A stretch of 24,783 nt of DNA from Candidatus Aenigmatarchaeota archaeon. GTDB lineage: Archaea > Aenigmatarchaeota > Aenigmatarchaeia > CG10238-14 > SCSR01. The stretch lies in NCBI GenBank assembly GCA_039091335.1, contig JAWCME010000007.1, forward strand, positions 1 through 24,783, given 5' to 3'. How positions within the stretch are numbered: the stretch's first letter is position 1; each line of letters opens with the position of its first letter. This document shows, in pieces, positions 8,275 to 15,497 of the stretch. The notes under the pieces are model-generated. The model saw only the letters and a list, made by a program, of their open reading frames with translations. It was not told the DNA's origin and made no database searches. Made by a program: the position numbers and the translations under genes.

Positions 8275-8933
8275 CTCAGCAAACTTTCTATTATTTTTTT
8301 CAAATCTTCCTTTTTTTGTAAACCCTCAAGTTTAATTTTCTCGTCTATTAAAATTGTAGGAGAGGTTGTTATGTTGAAACTATTTGCAATTGCTTCAATG
8401 GAAGTGATATTCATATCCAAAGGCAATGGTATAAGCAGTATTTTGTTTCCATATTCTTCCTTTATTTGAGCCAAAACAAGACTTTGTACTTTTTGGTTTT
8501 CTTTTGTAACCAAGTCTGCAAACTGAGAATAAAAATAAACCACATTCACGTAGCTTGCATTACACTTTTCTTTTAAATAAACGGAATTAAACCAAAACTG
8601 AAGCTTAAGCAATACATACTTCTTCTTTTCAATCATAAGTTCAGGATAAAACTTATTAACTCTCTCATATTCCTCAATCATTTTCCCTAGACCATAGTAT
8701 ACCTTATCACTGAACTCCAAATTCTGTTTTATAGCAAGCTCACAGTTTTGCAATTTAAAGGTTTGGTAGTAAATGTTTTGTAGTTTTGAATCTTCCCATG
8801 CAATAAAAATTTCTTCCAACTTCCATCTCAATTCCTCTATTCTAAGCTGATCAAGCCAAATTCCAAAAAACATTCCAACTAAGAAAACGATTAGGGTTAA
8901 AATACCTGCTTTTAAGAAAACATCACCATTCAT
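8271..8933 (-). CDS. Membrane-anchored protein with C-terminal thioredoxin-like fold, no CxxC
   Basis: N-terminal TM, VVYFYS...FNITTSPTILID..K.EGL pattern; overlaps the GT2 stop. Confidence 0.75.
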   Translation of the reverse strand: MNGDVFLKAGILTLIVFLVGMFFGIWLDQLRIEELRWKLEEIFIAWEDSKLQNIYYQTFKLQNCELAIKQNLEFSDKVYYGLGKMIEEYERVNKFYPELMIEKKKYVLLKLQFWFNSVYLKEKCNASYVNVVYFYSQFADLVTKENQKVQSLVLAQIKEEYGNKILLIPLPLDMNITSIEAIANSFNITTSPTILIDEKIKLEGLQKKEDLKKIIESLLS

Positions 8934-10134
8934 ATTTTTGCCTCAATATTTTTACTAAGGATATAAGTATAATAAACGGAAATACGGAAAGATAAAACAC
9001 AAGATAACATAAAAGGTTGAAGAAATTTTTAAATCCCATAATTTTTAGTTTCAAACTTCTCAGACAAATATAAACATAAAAAATTGATAGGAAGAAGATG
9101 GTAAGCCCCATGATTGTAAAAATGTTTGGTAAAAATATTAATTCTATGGTAGGCATAGAGGCACCAACAGAGTAGCTTTTATAAAAAAATATTATGTTTT
9201 TTATGATCCAATCAAAGTAGACATAAGAATAAATTGCTAGAGCAAGTAGAGATAGAATAAAACCAAGCATAAAAAATGGACAAATGAACAATCCAAGAGA
9301 ACCATAAATCCTTTTGAAAAAAGTATCTTTATATTTAAACAATGTCTGGAACCCACCAATAGTCCATCTAACCCTTTGTCTGAACCATTTTTTTAAATCT
9401 TTTGGAACGATTGTATAAGTTTCTGTAGAAAGGACCATTTTTGCCTCATATCCGGCTCTTCTTATTCTCCATGTCATCTCTATATCTTCTGTTAAATTTT
9501 TTCTATCAAATCCACCAAGTTTAATTAACAAATTTTTTCTGTATAAGCTTAAAGTTCCTGGAGTGACATAAACAGAATCTATAAAATCTAGAAGCTTTCT
9601 GTTCCATGCTATCATCGCATACTCCAGCTCTTGCATTTTTTCTAAGAAGCTTTTTGGATTTTTTACTAAGGCAGTAACAGTAACTGCACCAATTTTTGGA
9701 TCTTCAAAGAAACCAACAGTTTTTTTAAGACAATCTTTTTTTGGAAAAGAATCGGCATCAACGCATGCTACTATCTCGCCTCTTGCATACTTCAGACCAG
9801 AATTTAAACTATCCGCCTTTCCAGTTTTTTTCTTGTCTATAACTTTAACCTTACACTTCTTTGCTATTTCAGAAGTTCTGTCGGTAGAACCATCGTTTAC
9901 GACTATTATTTCATAATTTGGATAATCCACTTTTTTCAAATTCTCCAGCATTTTTTTTATAATTCTTTCCTCGTTATGGGCAGCCACAATAAAACTAACA
10001 AATGGAAATTTTTTAGTAGTTCTGTATCCTTCCATCTCTTCCTTTTTTTCAAAAAAAATTAGAAGGAAAAGAAAGGTAAAATAAATAGAAAAGAATGCAA
10101 AGATTAAATACAAAACGTCTATTACACTAAACAT
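8923..10134 (-). CDS. Processive GT2 glycosyltransferase (cellulose synthase/PgaC-like)
   Basis: NDGSTD, GKADSLN, DAD, LTED and QRVRW motifs plus N- and C-terminal TM helices. Confidence 0.92.
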   Translation of the reverse strand: MFSVIDVLYLIFAFFSIYFTFLFLLIFFEKKEEMEGYRTTKKFPFVSFIVAAHNEERIIKKMLENLKKVDYPNYEIIVVNDGSTDRTSEIAKKCKVKVIDKKKTGKADSLNSGLKYARGEIVACVDADSFPKKDCLKKTVGFFEDPKIGAVTVTALVKNPKSFLEKMQELEYAMIAWNRKLLDFIDSVYVTPGTLSLYRKNLLIKLGGFDRKNLTEDIEMTWRIRRAGYEAKMVLSTETYTIVPKDLKKWFRQRVRWTIGGFQTLFKYKDTFFKRIYGSLGLFICPFFMLGFILSLLALAIYSYVYFDWIIKNIIFFYKSYSVGASMPTIELIFLPNIFTIMGLTIFFLSIFYVYICLRSLKLKIMGFKNFFNLLCYLVFYLSVFPFIILISLVKILRQKYEW

Positions 10135-10143
10135 CTTATCAAC

Positions 10144-10491
10144 TTAAAGTAATTTTAATTTTCCAGTTATCTTATCTATTTTTTCTTCCTCTATTGGACC
10201 AATTCCCAGACAAGTTATTGTACCAGCCTTTAACCTAGTTAGACCAGCATCTTTTACTAAAAAACAAGGAATTTTCTCTTTTTTAATCATTTTCTCTATT
10301 TTTTTTAATTCTTTCAGATTCTCTACTCTCAGGACAACCTTTTTTGCCCCCTCTAATTCCCATTTTTCTATTATTTTTCTTCCCACTTTTTTTAAGCTTC
10401 CTAAAGAGGCGTGGGCAGAATGTGCAGCTGTCTTTCCTATCCCAATTTTTTTAACTATATCGTTCCTAAAAATTATAACTTGCTTATACAT
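10144..10491 (-). CDS. pth2: Peptidyl-tRNA hydrolase Pth2
   Basis: YKQVI..R.D, GK.AA..AHA, W..EG.KKVVL, DAGLT, T.TCLGIGP, IDKITG.LKLL. Confidence 0.93.
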   Translation of the reverse strand: MYKQVIIFRNDIVKKIGIGKTAAHSAHASLGSLKKVGRKIIEKWELEGAKKVVLRVENLKELKKIEKMIKKEKIPCFLVKDAGLTRLKAGTITCLGIGPIEEEKIDKITGKLKLL

Positions 10492-10995
10492 TTATGCCCA
10501 ACTCCAGAGGTATGGCAACGTAAAATACCCAGCATAGGCTATTATCAAGCACTTACTAACTTTTCCTATAGATGTTGCTAAAATAAATTTTTTAATGTCA
10601 TATTTTCCAACTCCACTCAAAACCCCCACAAAATCGAATGGAAATGGAAGAAAGGCAGCTATCACTATAACTAAAAAACCATAGGAATTAAAAAGGGCTT
10701 TGAATAATTTCTCAATTTTCCTCCACCTCTTTTTCACTTTTTTTTCTTCCATTAAAGACCTGCTACCAGCCCCAACCAAGTATCCTGTTAATTCTCCAAA
10801 CCCGGAACCAAGACCAGAAACAATACCAACAAGTATTGGGTTTAGACCCATACCAGAAGCAAAAAAAATTATCAAATAAATAGGAAAAGGTATTAGTATG
10901 GTCGAAGTTCCTATGAAGCTAAGGATGAATATGGCAGCATAGGAAAATTGATAAATAAACGACGAAGACCATAAAACAAAATTTTCCCAGACCAC
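10492..10995 (-). CDS. DedA/VTT (SNARE-associated) membrane protein
   Basis: GSGFGELTGYLVG, FLPFPFDFVGVLSG, F..ATSIGK. Confidence 0.88.
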   Translation of the reverse strand: MVWENFVLWSSSFIYQFSYAAIFILSFIGTSTILIPFPIYLIIFFASGMGLNPILVGIVSGLGSGFGELTGYLVGAGSRSLMEEKKVKKRWRKIEKLFKALFNSYGFLVIVIAAFLPFPFDFVGVLSGVGKYDIKKFILATSIGKVSKCLIIAYAGYFTLPYLWSWA

Positions 10996-11022
10996 AAAAA
11001 TAATTTATCTTCTTACACATAT

Positions 11023-11637
11023 ATGTTTTGGATGAAAGATAAAATTTTCATCGCACTCTTAATAACAATAATGTTTTCTGGATGTGCAGAAAAAGGAGGT
11101 GAAGTTTTGACGAAGCTAAACGGTAAGAATGTACTTTTTATAGTTGCGCAACAAAACTTTAGGGACGAGGAACTTTCAAAACCAAAGCAGATACTGGAAA
11201 AGGAGGGGGCAAAAGTTAAAGTTGCAAGTATAACAAGAGAACAGGCCATTGGAATGTTGGGAATGAAAATAATTCCAGAGCTTGCTGTTAGGGACGCTAA
11301 CCCAAATGAGTTTGATGCACTAGTTATAGTTGGTGGAAGTGGAAGTCCAAAACTTGCAGAATATCCAGAGGTTATTAACATATTAAAAAAATTTAAGGAA
11401 CAAGAAAAACCAATTGCAGCAATTTGTCTTGCCCCATACGTTTTAGCAAAAGCAGGAATTCTAGAAGGCAAGAATGTTACACTATATCCAGCAGATTTTG
11501 CAATAGCAGAGATAAGAAGAGCAAAAGCAAACTATGTTGAAAAGCCAGTTGTTGTTGACGGCAGAATAATTACAGCAGACGGACCACAAAGTGCTGAAAT
11601 GTTTGGAAATGAGATAGTAAACATATTAAGCAAGTAA
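11023..11637 (+). CDS. DJ-1/PfpI family protein with lipoprotein-like signal peptide
   Basis: FRDEE, VGGSG, AAICLAP, VVVDG.IITADGP; N-terminus MKDKIFIALLITIMFSGC (start probably 11032). Confidence 0.9.
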   Translation: MFWMKDKIFIALLITIMFSGCAEKGGEVLTKLNGKNVLFIVAQQNFRDEELSKPKQILEKEGAKVKVASITREQAIGMLGMKIIPELAVRDANPNEFDALVIVGGSGSPKLAEYPEVINILKKFKEQEKPIAAICLAPYVLAKAGILEGKNVTLYPADFAIAEIRRAKANYVEKPVVVDGRIITADGPQSAEMFGNEIVNILSK

Positions 11638-11999
11638 GTAGAAGTATAAATTGTGAGAGTAATAGTGGTGTTGGCAGAGGGGTTTGAGGAAATAGAAGCT
11701 ATTACTGTAGTTGATGTGCTTAGAAGAGCAGGAATAGAAGTTGACATGGTTGGAATAGTTGGTACTATGGTTAGTGGTTCGCATGGGATAAGAGTGATGG
11801 CAGATAAGAGGTTTGGAGAAATAAAAACAGAAGGGTATGACGGTATAATTTTACCAGGAGGAGACCCAGGATATAAAAATCTTGCAAAAACAAGTAAAAT
11901 ATTGGAGATTATAAAGAAAATGTATTCGGAAGGTAAAATTGTAGCAGCAATTTGTGCTGCCCCATACGTTTTAGCAAAAGCAGGAATTCTAGAAGGCAA
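11416..11999 (+). repeat. 56-nt direct repeat (54/56 identical) shared by the two DJ-1 genes: 11416-11471 and 11944-11999
   Basis: Direct comparison; includes a 42-nt perfect tract. Confidence 0.9.
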
Positions 12000-12186
12000 A
12001 AAAGCAACTATATATCCTGGTATGGAGTCAGAACTTCAGTATCCAAGAGGAGAAAAAGTTGTTGTTGACGGCAATGTAATTACCTCACAGGGGCCAGGAA
12101 CTGCAATGGAATTCGCTTTGGCTATAGTTGAAAAACTTGTTGGAAAAGAAAAGGCATATTTGCTTAGAAGACAACTTATTCTTTAA
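11653..12186 (+). CDS. DJ-1/YajL family glyoxalase/deglycase
   Basis: GFEEIEA..VVDVLRRAG, LPGG, AAICAAP, ITSQGPGTAMEFAL. Confidence 0.93.
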   Translation: MRVIVVLAEGFEEIEAITVVDVLRRAGIEVDMVGIVGTMVSGSHGIRVMADKRFGEIKTEGYDGIILPGGDPGYKNLAKTSKILEIIKKMYSEGKIVAAICAAPYVLAKAGILEGKKATIYPGMESELQYPRGEKVVVDGNVITSQGPGTAMEFALAIVEKLVGKEKAYLLRRQLIL

Positions 12187-12218
12187 AAAATAAATATTTA
12201 AATAGAAAATCAAATTTA

Positions 12219-12629
12219 ATGAAAAGTAAGAAAATGAGGAAAATGAAAATATCAAAAAGAATAAAAAACATAAAAGACAGAGTAATTGAAATATTTAGCC
12301 CACCAACTATAATATTAACGGGTGTAATATTTAGAGTGTTTTTCTCATTTGTCTCTTGGATAAAGGCAATTCTACTTACTTGGGGGGTTATAGATGGGTT
12401 TTCCTCGAACTATTTGTATAAGGAAGAAAAGTTCTTCCCCTTCCAATTCCTAAGATATTGTAGGATAGTTGCAAATTTTTCTGGTATTTTAAACCCAACA
12501 ATACCAATACTATGGAACATTGGTGATGGAATCTATTCTCTGTTTTTATACAAGACAGCAAAGCCAATAGAAAATTTACCAAGATACGGAAGAATATTGA
12601 ATGGAACTTTACTTATAGTTTTTTCTTAA
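12219..12629 (+). CDS. Hypothetical membrane protein with internal two-fold repeat
   Basis: Hydrophobic ORF; W...DG..S..LYK........RY.RI occurs twice. Confidence 0.7.
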   Translation: MKSKKMRKMKISKRIKNIKDRVIEIFSPPTIILTGVIFRVFFSFVSWIKAILLTWGVIDGFSSNYLYKEEKFFPFQFLRYCRIVANFSGILNPTIPILWNIGDGIYSLFLYKTAKPIENLPRYGRILNGTLLIVFS

Positions 12630-12665
12630 ATTTTAATTTTTAATAATATAATATAGCCCCGAAAC

Positions 12666-12812
12666 AGCCCCGTCGAGAGGATGATTTTTGACCTCGCGGA
12701 ATCTAGCGGTCAAGGATAGTATAAACCACTAAACAGGGCTTTGGTCTTCAAAGCTCTGATATAAGATGAAGAAAGAAACCCTGGGACAGGAGTTCGAATC
12801 TCCTCGGGGCTA
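12666..12812 (+). tRNA. tRNA-Gln(TTG) with three introns: 10/11 (12676-12701, 26 nt), 25/26 or 26/27 (about 12718-12732, 15 nt), 37/38 (12745-12777, 33 nt)
   Basis: Mature AGCCCCGTCGTCTAGCGGTCAAGGATACAGGGCTTTGGACCCTGGGACAGGAGTTCGAATCTCCTCGGGGCTA (73 nt; A1-U72 pair typical of archaeal tRNA-Gln). Intron 3 has a perfect BHB (CTTT/AAAG, inner helix CTTCA/TGAAG). Intron 1 has CCGT/GCGG plus GAGG/CCTC. Intron 2 has no clean motif. Confidence 0.9.
12745..12777 (+). ncRNA. Putative intron-encoded minimal box C/D guide RNA targeting U34 of tRNA-Gln(TTG)
   Basis: TC-TTCAAAGCT-CTGA-TATAAG-ATGAAGA-AAGAA. Box D is 12756-12759 and box C-like is 12766-12772. The A 5 nt upstream of box D (12751) pairs with U34 (12741). 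Confidence 0.7.
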
Positions 12813-12848
12813 TAAAATTCTTAAATTCTAGAATCATTAGTATATTAA

Positions 12849-13310
12849 ATGGTAGAAAAAATACTGATACTAATTTTTGCAAATCTTATTCCAACCAGTG
12901 AACAGATTGGGGCAATTCCTCTTGGACTAGCGCTTGGTCTGAGTCCAGAAGTAACTTTCTTTGTTTCTATAAGTGTAAATTCTTTGCTGTTCTTCCCTCT
13001 GTTTTTTTGCTTAAATTTTTTTTATGAGAAATTTTTTTCTAGGATAAAACCCTTTAATGACTATTTGAAAAAATTGAGGAAGAGGGGGGAACCTTATGTG
13101 AAAAAATATGGTGTGATTGGAGTTACAATGTTCATAGCTATTCCATCCCCGTTAACTGGAACATATACAGGCACGATGCTTAGTTGGCTACTGGATTTAA
13201 ATTGGAAAAAATCGTTCCTTGCCATATTTTTGGGTTCTCTAATAGGAGGAGCTATAATACTCTTATCTTCTCTCGGAATTTTAAACATAATAAAATTCAT
13301 TATTAAGTAG
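12849..13310 (+). CDS. Putative small multidrug export family protein (COG2426-like)
   Basis: P.SE..GAIPLGL, KKYG.IG..MFIAIP.PLTG.YTG...SWLL. Confidence 0.85.
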   Translation: MVEKILILIFANLIPTSEQIGAIPLGLALGLSPEVTFFVSISVNSLLFFPLFFCLNFFYEKFFSRIKPFNDYLKKLRKRGEPYVKKYGVIGVTMFIAIPSPLTGTYTGTMLSWLLDLNWKKSFLAIFLGSLIGGAIILLSSLGILNIIKFIIK

Positions 13311-13332
13311 TTTTCAAATTATATTGAGAAGC

Positions 13333-13980
13333 ATGGAATTTTTGGGGCTTGATGCATCACTCAAATTTATTAAAAGCTATGGTATTCCAATAGTAGAATA
13401 TAAGCTTGCGAAAAACAGAAAAGAAGTAGTAGAATTTGCAAATAAAATAGGATATCCTGTTGTTCTTAAACTGGATTCAAAGGACATTGCCCACAAAACG
13501 GATGTGGGAGGGGTTTTCCCTAACCTGAAATCAAATTATGAGGTTGAAAAATCTTTCCTAAAAATAATTTCAAACATAAAATCAAGATTCCCAAATGCAA
13601 CCATAAATGGTATTGTAGTGCAAAAAATGGTTGAAGATGGAATTGAGGTCATGATTGGTGGAAAGTTAGATGAACAGTTTGGACAAACAATAACATTTGG
13701 TAGCGGTGGTATTTTAGCAGAGCTTATAGAAGACATAAGCATTAGGGTTTGCCCGATAACAAAAAGCATAGCAGAAGAAATGATTAGAGAAACAAAAATT
13801 TATAGGTTACTCCAAGGATATAGAGGATTTAATTATGATGTTAAGGCAGTAGTAGAGGTGTTGTTAAAAGTTTCAAAAATGCTAGAGAAAAATTATGGAA
13901 TAAAGGAGATAGACATTAATCCTCTGTTTGTTCTTAGAAAAAATGCATTTGCAGCAGATGTGAGGGTTGTTGTTGATTGA
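13333..13980 (+). CDS. ADP-forming acetate/acyl-CoA ligase beta subunit (ATP-grasp)
   Basis: IGYPVVLK..S.DI.HKTDVGGV, VQKMV, FG.GG, EIDINPL, AADVR. ATG 13333 is preferred over TTG 13324. Confidence 0.9.
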   Translation: MEFLGLDASLKFIKSYGIPIVEYKLAKNRKEVVEFANKIGYPVVLKLDSKDIAHKTDVGGVFPNLKSNYEVEKSFLKIISNIKSRFPNATINGIVVQKMVEDGIEVMIGGKLDEQFGQTITFGSGGILAELIEDISIRVCPITKSIAEEMIRETKIYRLLQGYRGFNYDVKAVVEVLLKVSKMLEKNYGIKEIDINPLFVLRKNAFAADVRVVVD

Positions 13981-13981
13981 A

Positions 13982-14389
13982 ATGATTTTGGAATTTATTG
14001 CAATCTTTTTATTGATTCTTGTGCTTTATCTTTGGATTAAAAATAAAGAATGGGAGCTTAAATTTGAGAGAAGGATAGAAGATTTTTTAAGAAAAGAAGA
14101 GGACAGAATAAGGGAAGATGCGATTAAAAGAAGTGCAAGAGCGCTTTCAGGAAGAGTTTTAGAAAAACTTGTGCCGTTTCTAAAAAATTTCAATTATAAT
14201 CCACACGACATCAGATGGATTGGAGACCCGATAGATTTAGTGATTTTTGATGGGTATTCTGAAAAGGAATTTAAACAAATTGTTTTTTGTGAGGTAAAGT
14301 CAGGAGAATCTAAATTAAATGAATCTCAGAAGGAGATAAAAAAATTGATAGAAAGCAAAAAAATAAAATGGGAAGAGTTTAGAATATAA
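13982..14389 (+). CDS. Membrane-anchored Holliday-junction-resolvase-like PD-(D/E)xK protein (Endonuc_Holl family)
   Basis: N-terminal TM, IREDAIKRS, E.L.P, IGDPIDLVIFDG, FCEVKSG..L...QK.I. ATG at 13982 follows the upstream stop. Confidence 0.88.
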   Translation: MILEFIAIFLLILVLYLWIKNKEWELKFERRIEDFLRKEEDRIREDAIKRSARALSGRVLEKLVPFLKNFNYNPHDIRWIGDPIDLVIFDGYSEKEFKQIVFCEVKSGESKLNESQKEIKKLIESKKIKWEEFRI

Positions 14390-14394
14390 AAGGA

Positions 14395-14418
14395 TTATTT
14401 CTTCTTCTTCCTCTTCAC
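14395..14418 (-). CDS. Candidate micro-ORF encoding MKRKKKK (7 aa)
   Basis: SD GAGGTG (14430-14425) 6 nt before GTG; TATA-like elements upstream. Confidence 0.25.
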   Translation of the reverse strand: MKRKKKK

Positions 14419-14513
14419 TTTTTCCACCTCTTTATTATTTCTATATATAAATTATCATATGTAGTATAAATATCTTTAACAAACTTTCAAAAAAATTAAA
14501 GAGCAAAGAAAGA

Positions 14514-15491
14514 TTAAATAATTTTGCTAATGTATATGTTGTCCTTATTTTTAATTATTCTTACCCAAACTTCATCTCCAACCTCAGCTTTACAGTTAGT
14601 TACTGTTATACATCTATTTCTTGCTACCCCAATCTTCTCTTCTCTCATCCAACCAGGAATGGTTATTTTAACCTTTACTTTTTCGCCCTTTCTTAAAACA
14701 TTTGGAACGGGGCTTCTCTTCTCAATTCCAAAGTCCTTTGCAGTTATTCTAAGTTTTACATTGAACTCCTTTTCCCATTCTTCCAACTTTCTGTAGAATT
14801 TCCACCAAGAAATTGGTTTTATTCCTTCTGGCTTTCTTCCGTACTTATGTGATTCATATTTTTGAATTCCAAGTGATGCTCCAATCTCTTTTGCAAAACC
14901 TATTATTTTTGGTATTTCAATATCGTTTATTCCAGGAACCCAGACAGGTGCTATTAGTAAATCTATACCAATTTTCTTAATATATCTTGCAATTTCTAGT
15001 ATACGAGAAACATCATAACTATCACTCCCAACAAGTTTTTTGGTAATCAAAGGGTCAATTGCATCTAAAGAGAGATTTATTCTCGTAAGTCCCACTTCCT
15101 CTAATTCTTCTATTTTTCCTTCTTCTAAAAGCAATGATTTTGTTTCCATAGAAACAACGTCCACACCTCTTATTTCTTTCAATCCTTGAACAAGTTCTAT
15201 TATTTGTTTATATGCTGTCGGCTCTCCAAAATCAATGTGCATTTGTAAATTTTTGTTTCCTTTAAATTTTGCAATTTCTTTTCCAACCTCTACCATATAT
15301 TCCCAATCTACAAAGTATTCAGTAACCCTTGTTTTAGATTTTGGTCCTAAGTCTGTTGAACAGAAAATACAATTAAGAGGGCAAATACTGGTTGGTCTTA
15401 CTTGTAGAAGATTTGTTCCCCTATCCACAAAACCAAAACATATTGCTCCAATTAAAGGAACTTCTGCGTCTTTTGGAATTTTCACTATCAT
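14514..15491 (-). CDS. Archaeal radical SAM protein with C-terminal TRAM-like domain (COG2100-like)
   Basis: FG.VDRGTNLLQVRP, CPLNCIFCSTD, RINLSL, APVWVPGIND, C-terminal beta-barrel (G..V.V.I..PGW...E..GVA..R). Confidence 0.88.
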   Translation of the reverse strand: MIVKIPKDAEVPLIGAICFGFVDRGTNLLQVRPTSICPLNCIFCSTDLGPKSKTRVTEYFVDWEYMVEVGKEIAKFKGNKNLQMHIDFGEPTAYKQIIELVQGLKEIRGVDVVSMETKSLLLEEGKIEELEEVGLTRINLSLDAIDPLITKKLVGSDSYDVSRILEIARYIKKIGIDLLIAPVWVPGINDIEIPKIIGFAKEIGASLGIQKYESHKYGRKPEGIKPISWWKFYRKLEEWEKEFNVKLRITAKDFGIEKRSPVPNVLRKGEKVKVKITIPGWMREEKIGVARNRCITVTNCKAEVGDEVWVRIIKNKDNIYISKII

Positions 15492-15497
15492 GCTAAT

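Noticed and set aside
11013..11999. Two minus-strand ORFs with identical N-termini (MPSRIPAFAKTYGA)
   Set aside because: Antisense shadows of the repeated tract in the DJ-1 genes.
12655..12665. Fourth tRNA-Gln intron of 11 nt in the acceptor stem
   Set aside because: It is a direct repeat, and I found no register giving a BHB/BHL helix.
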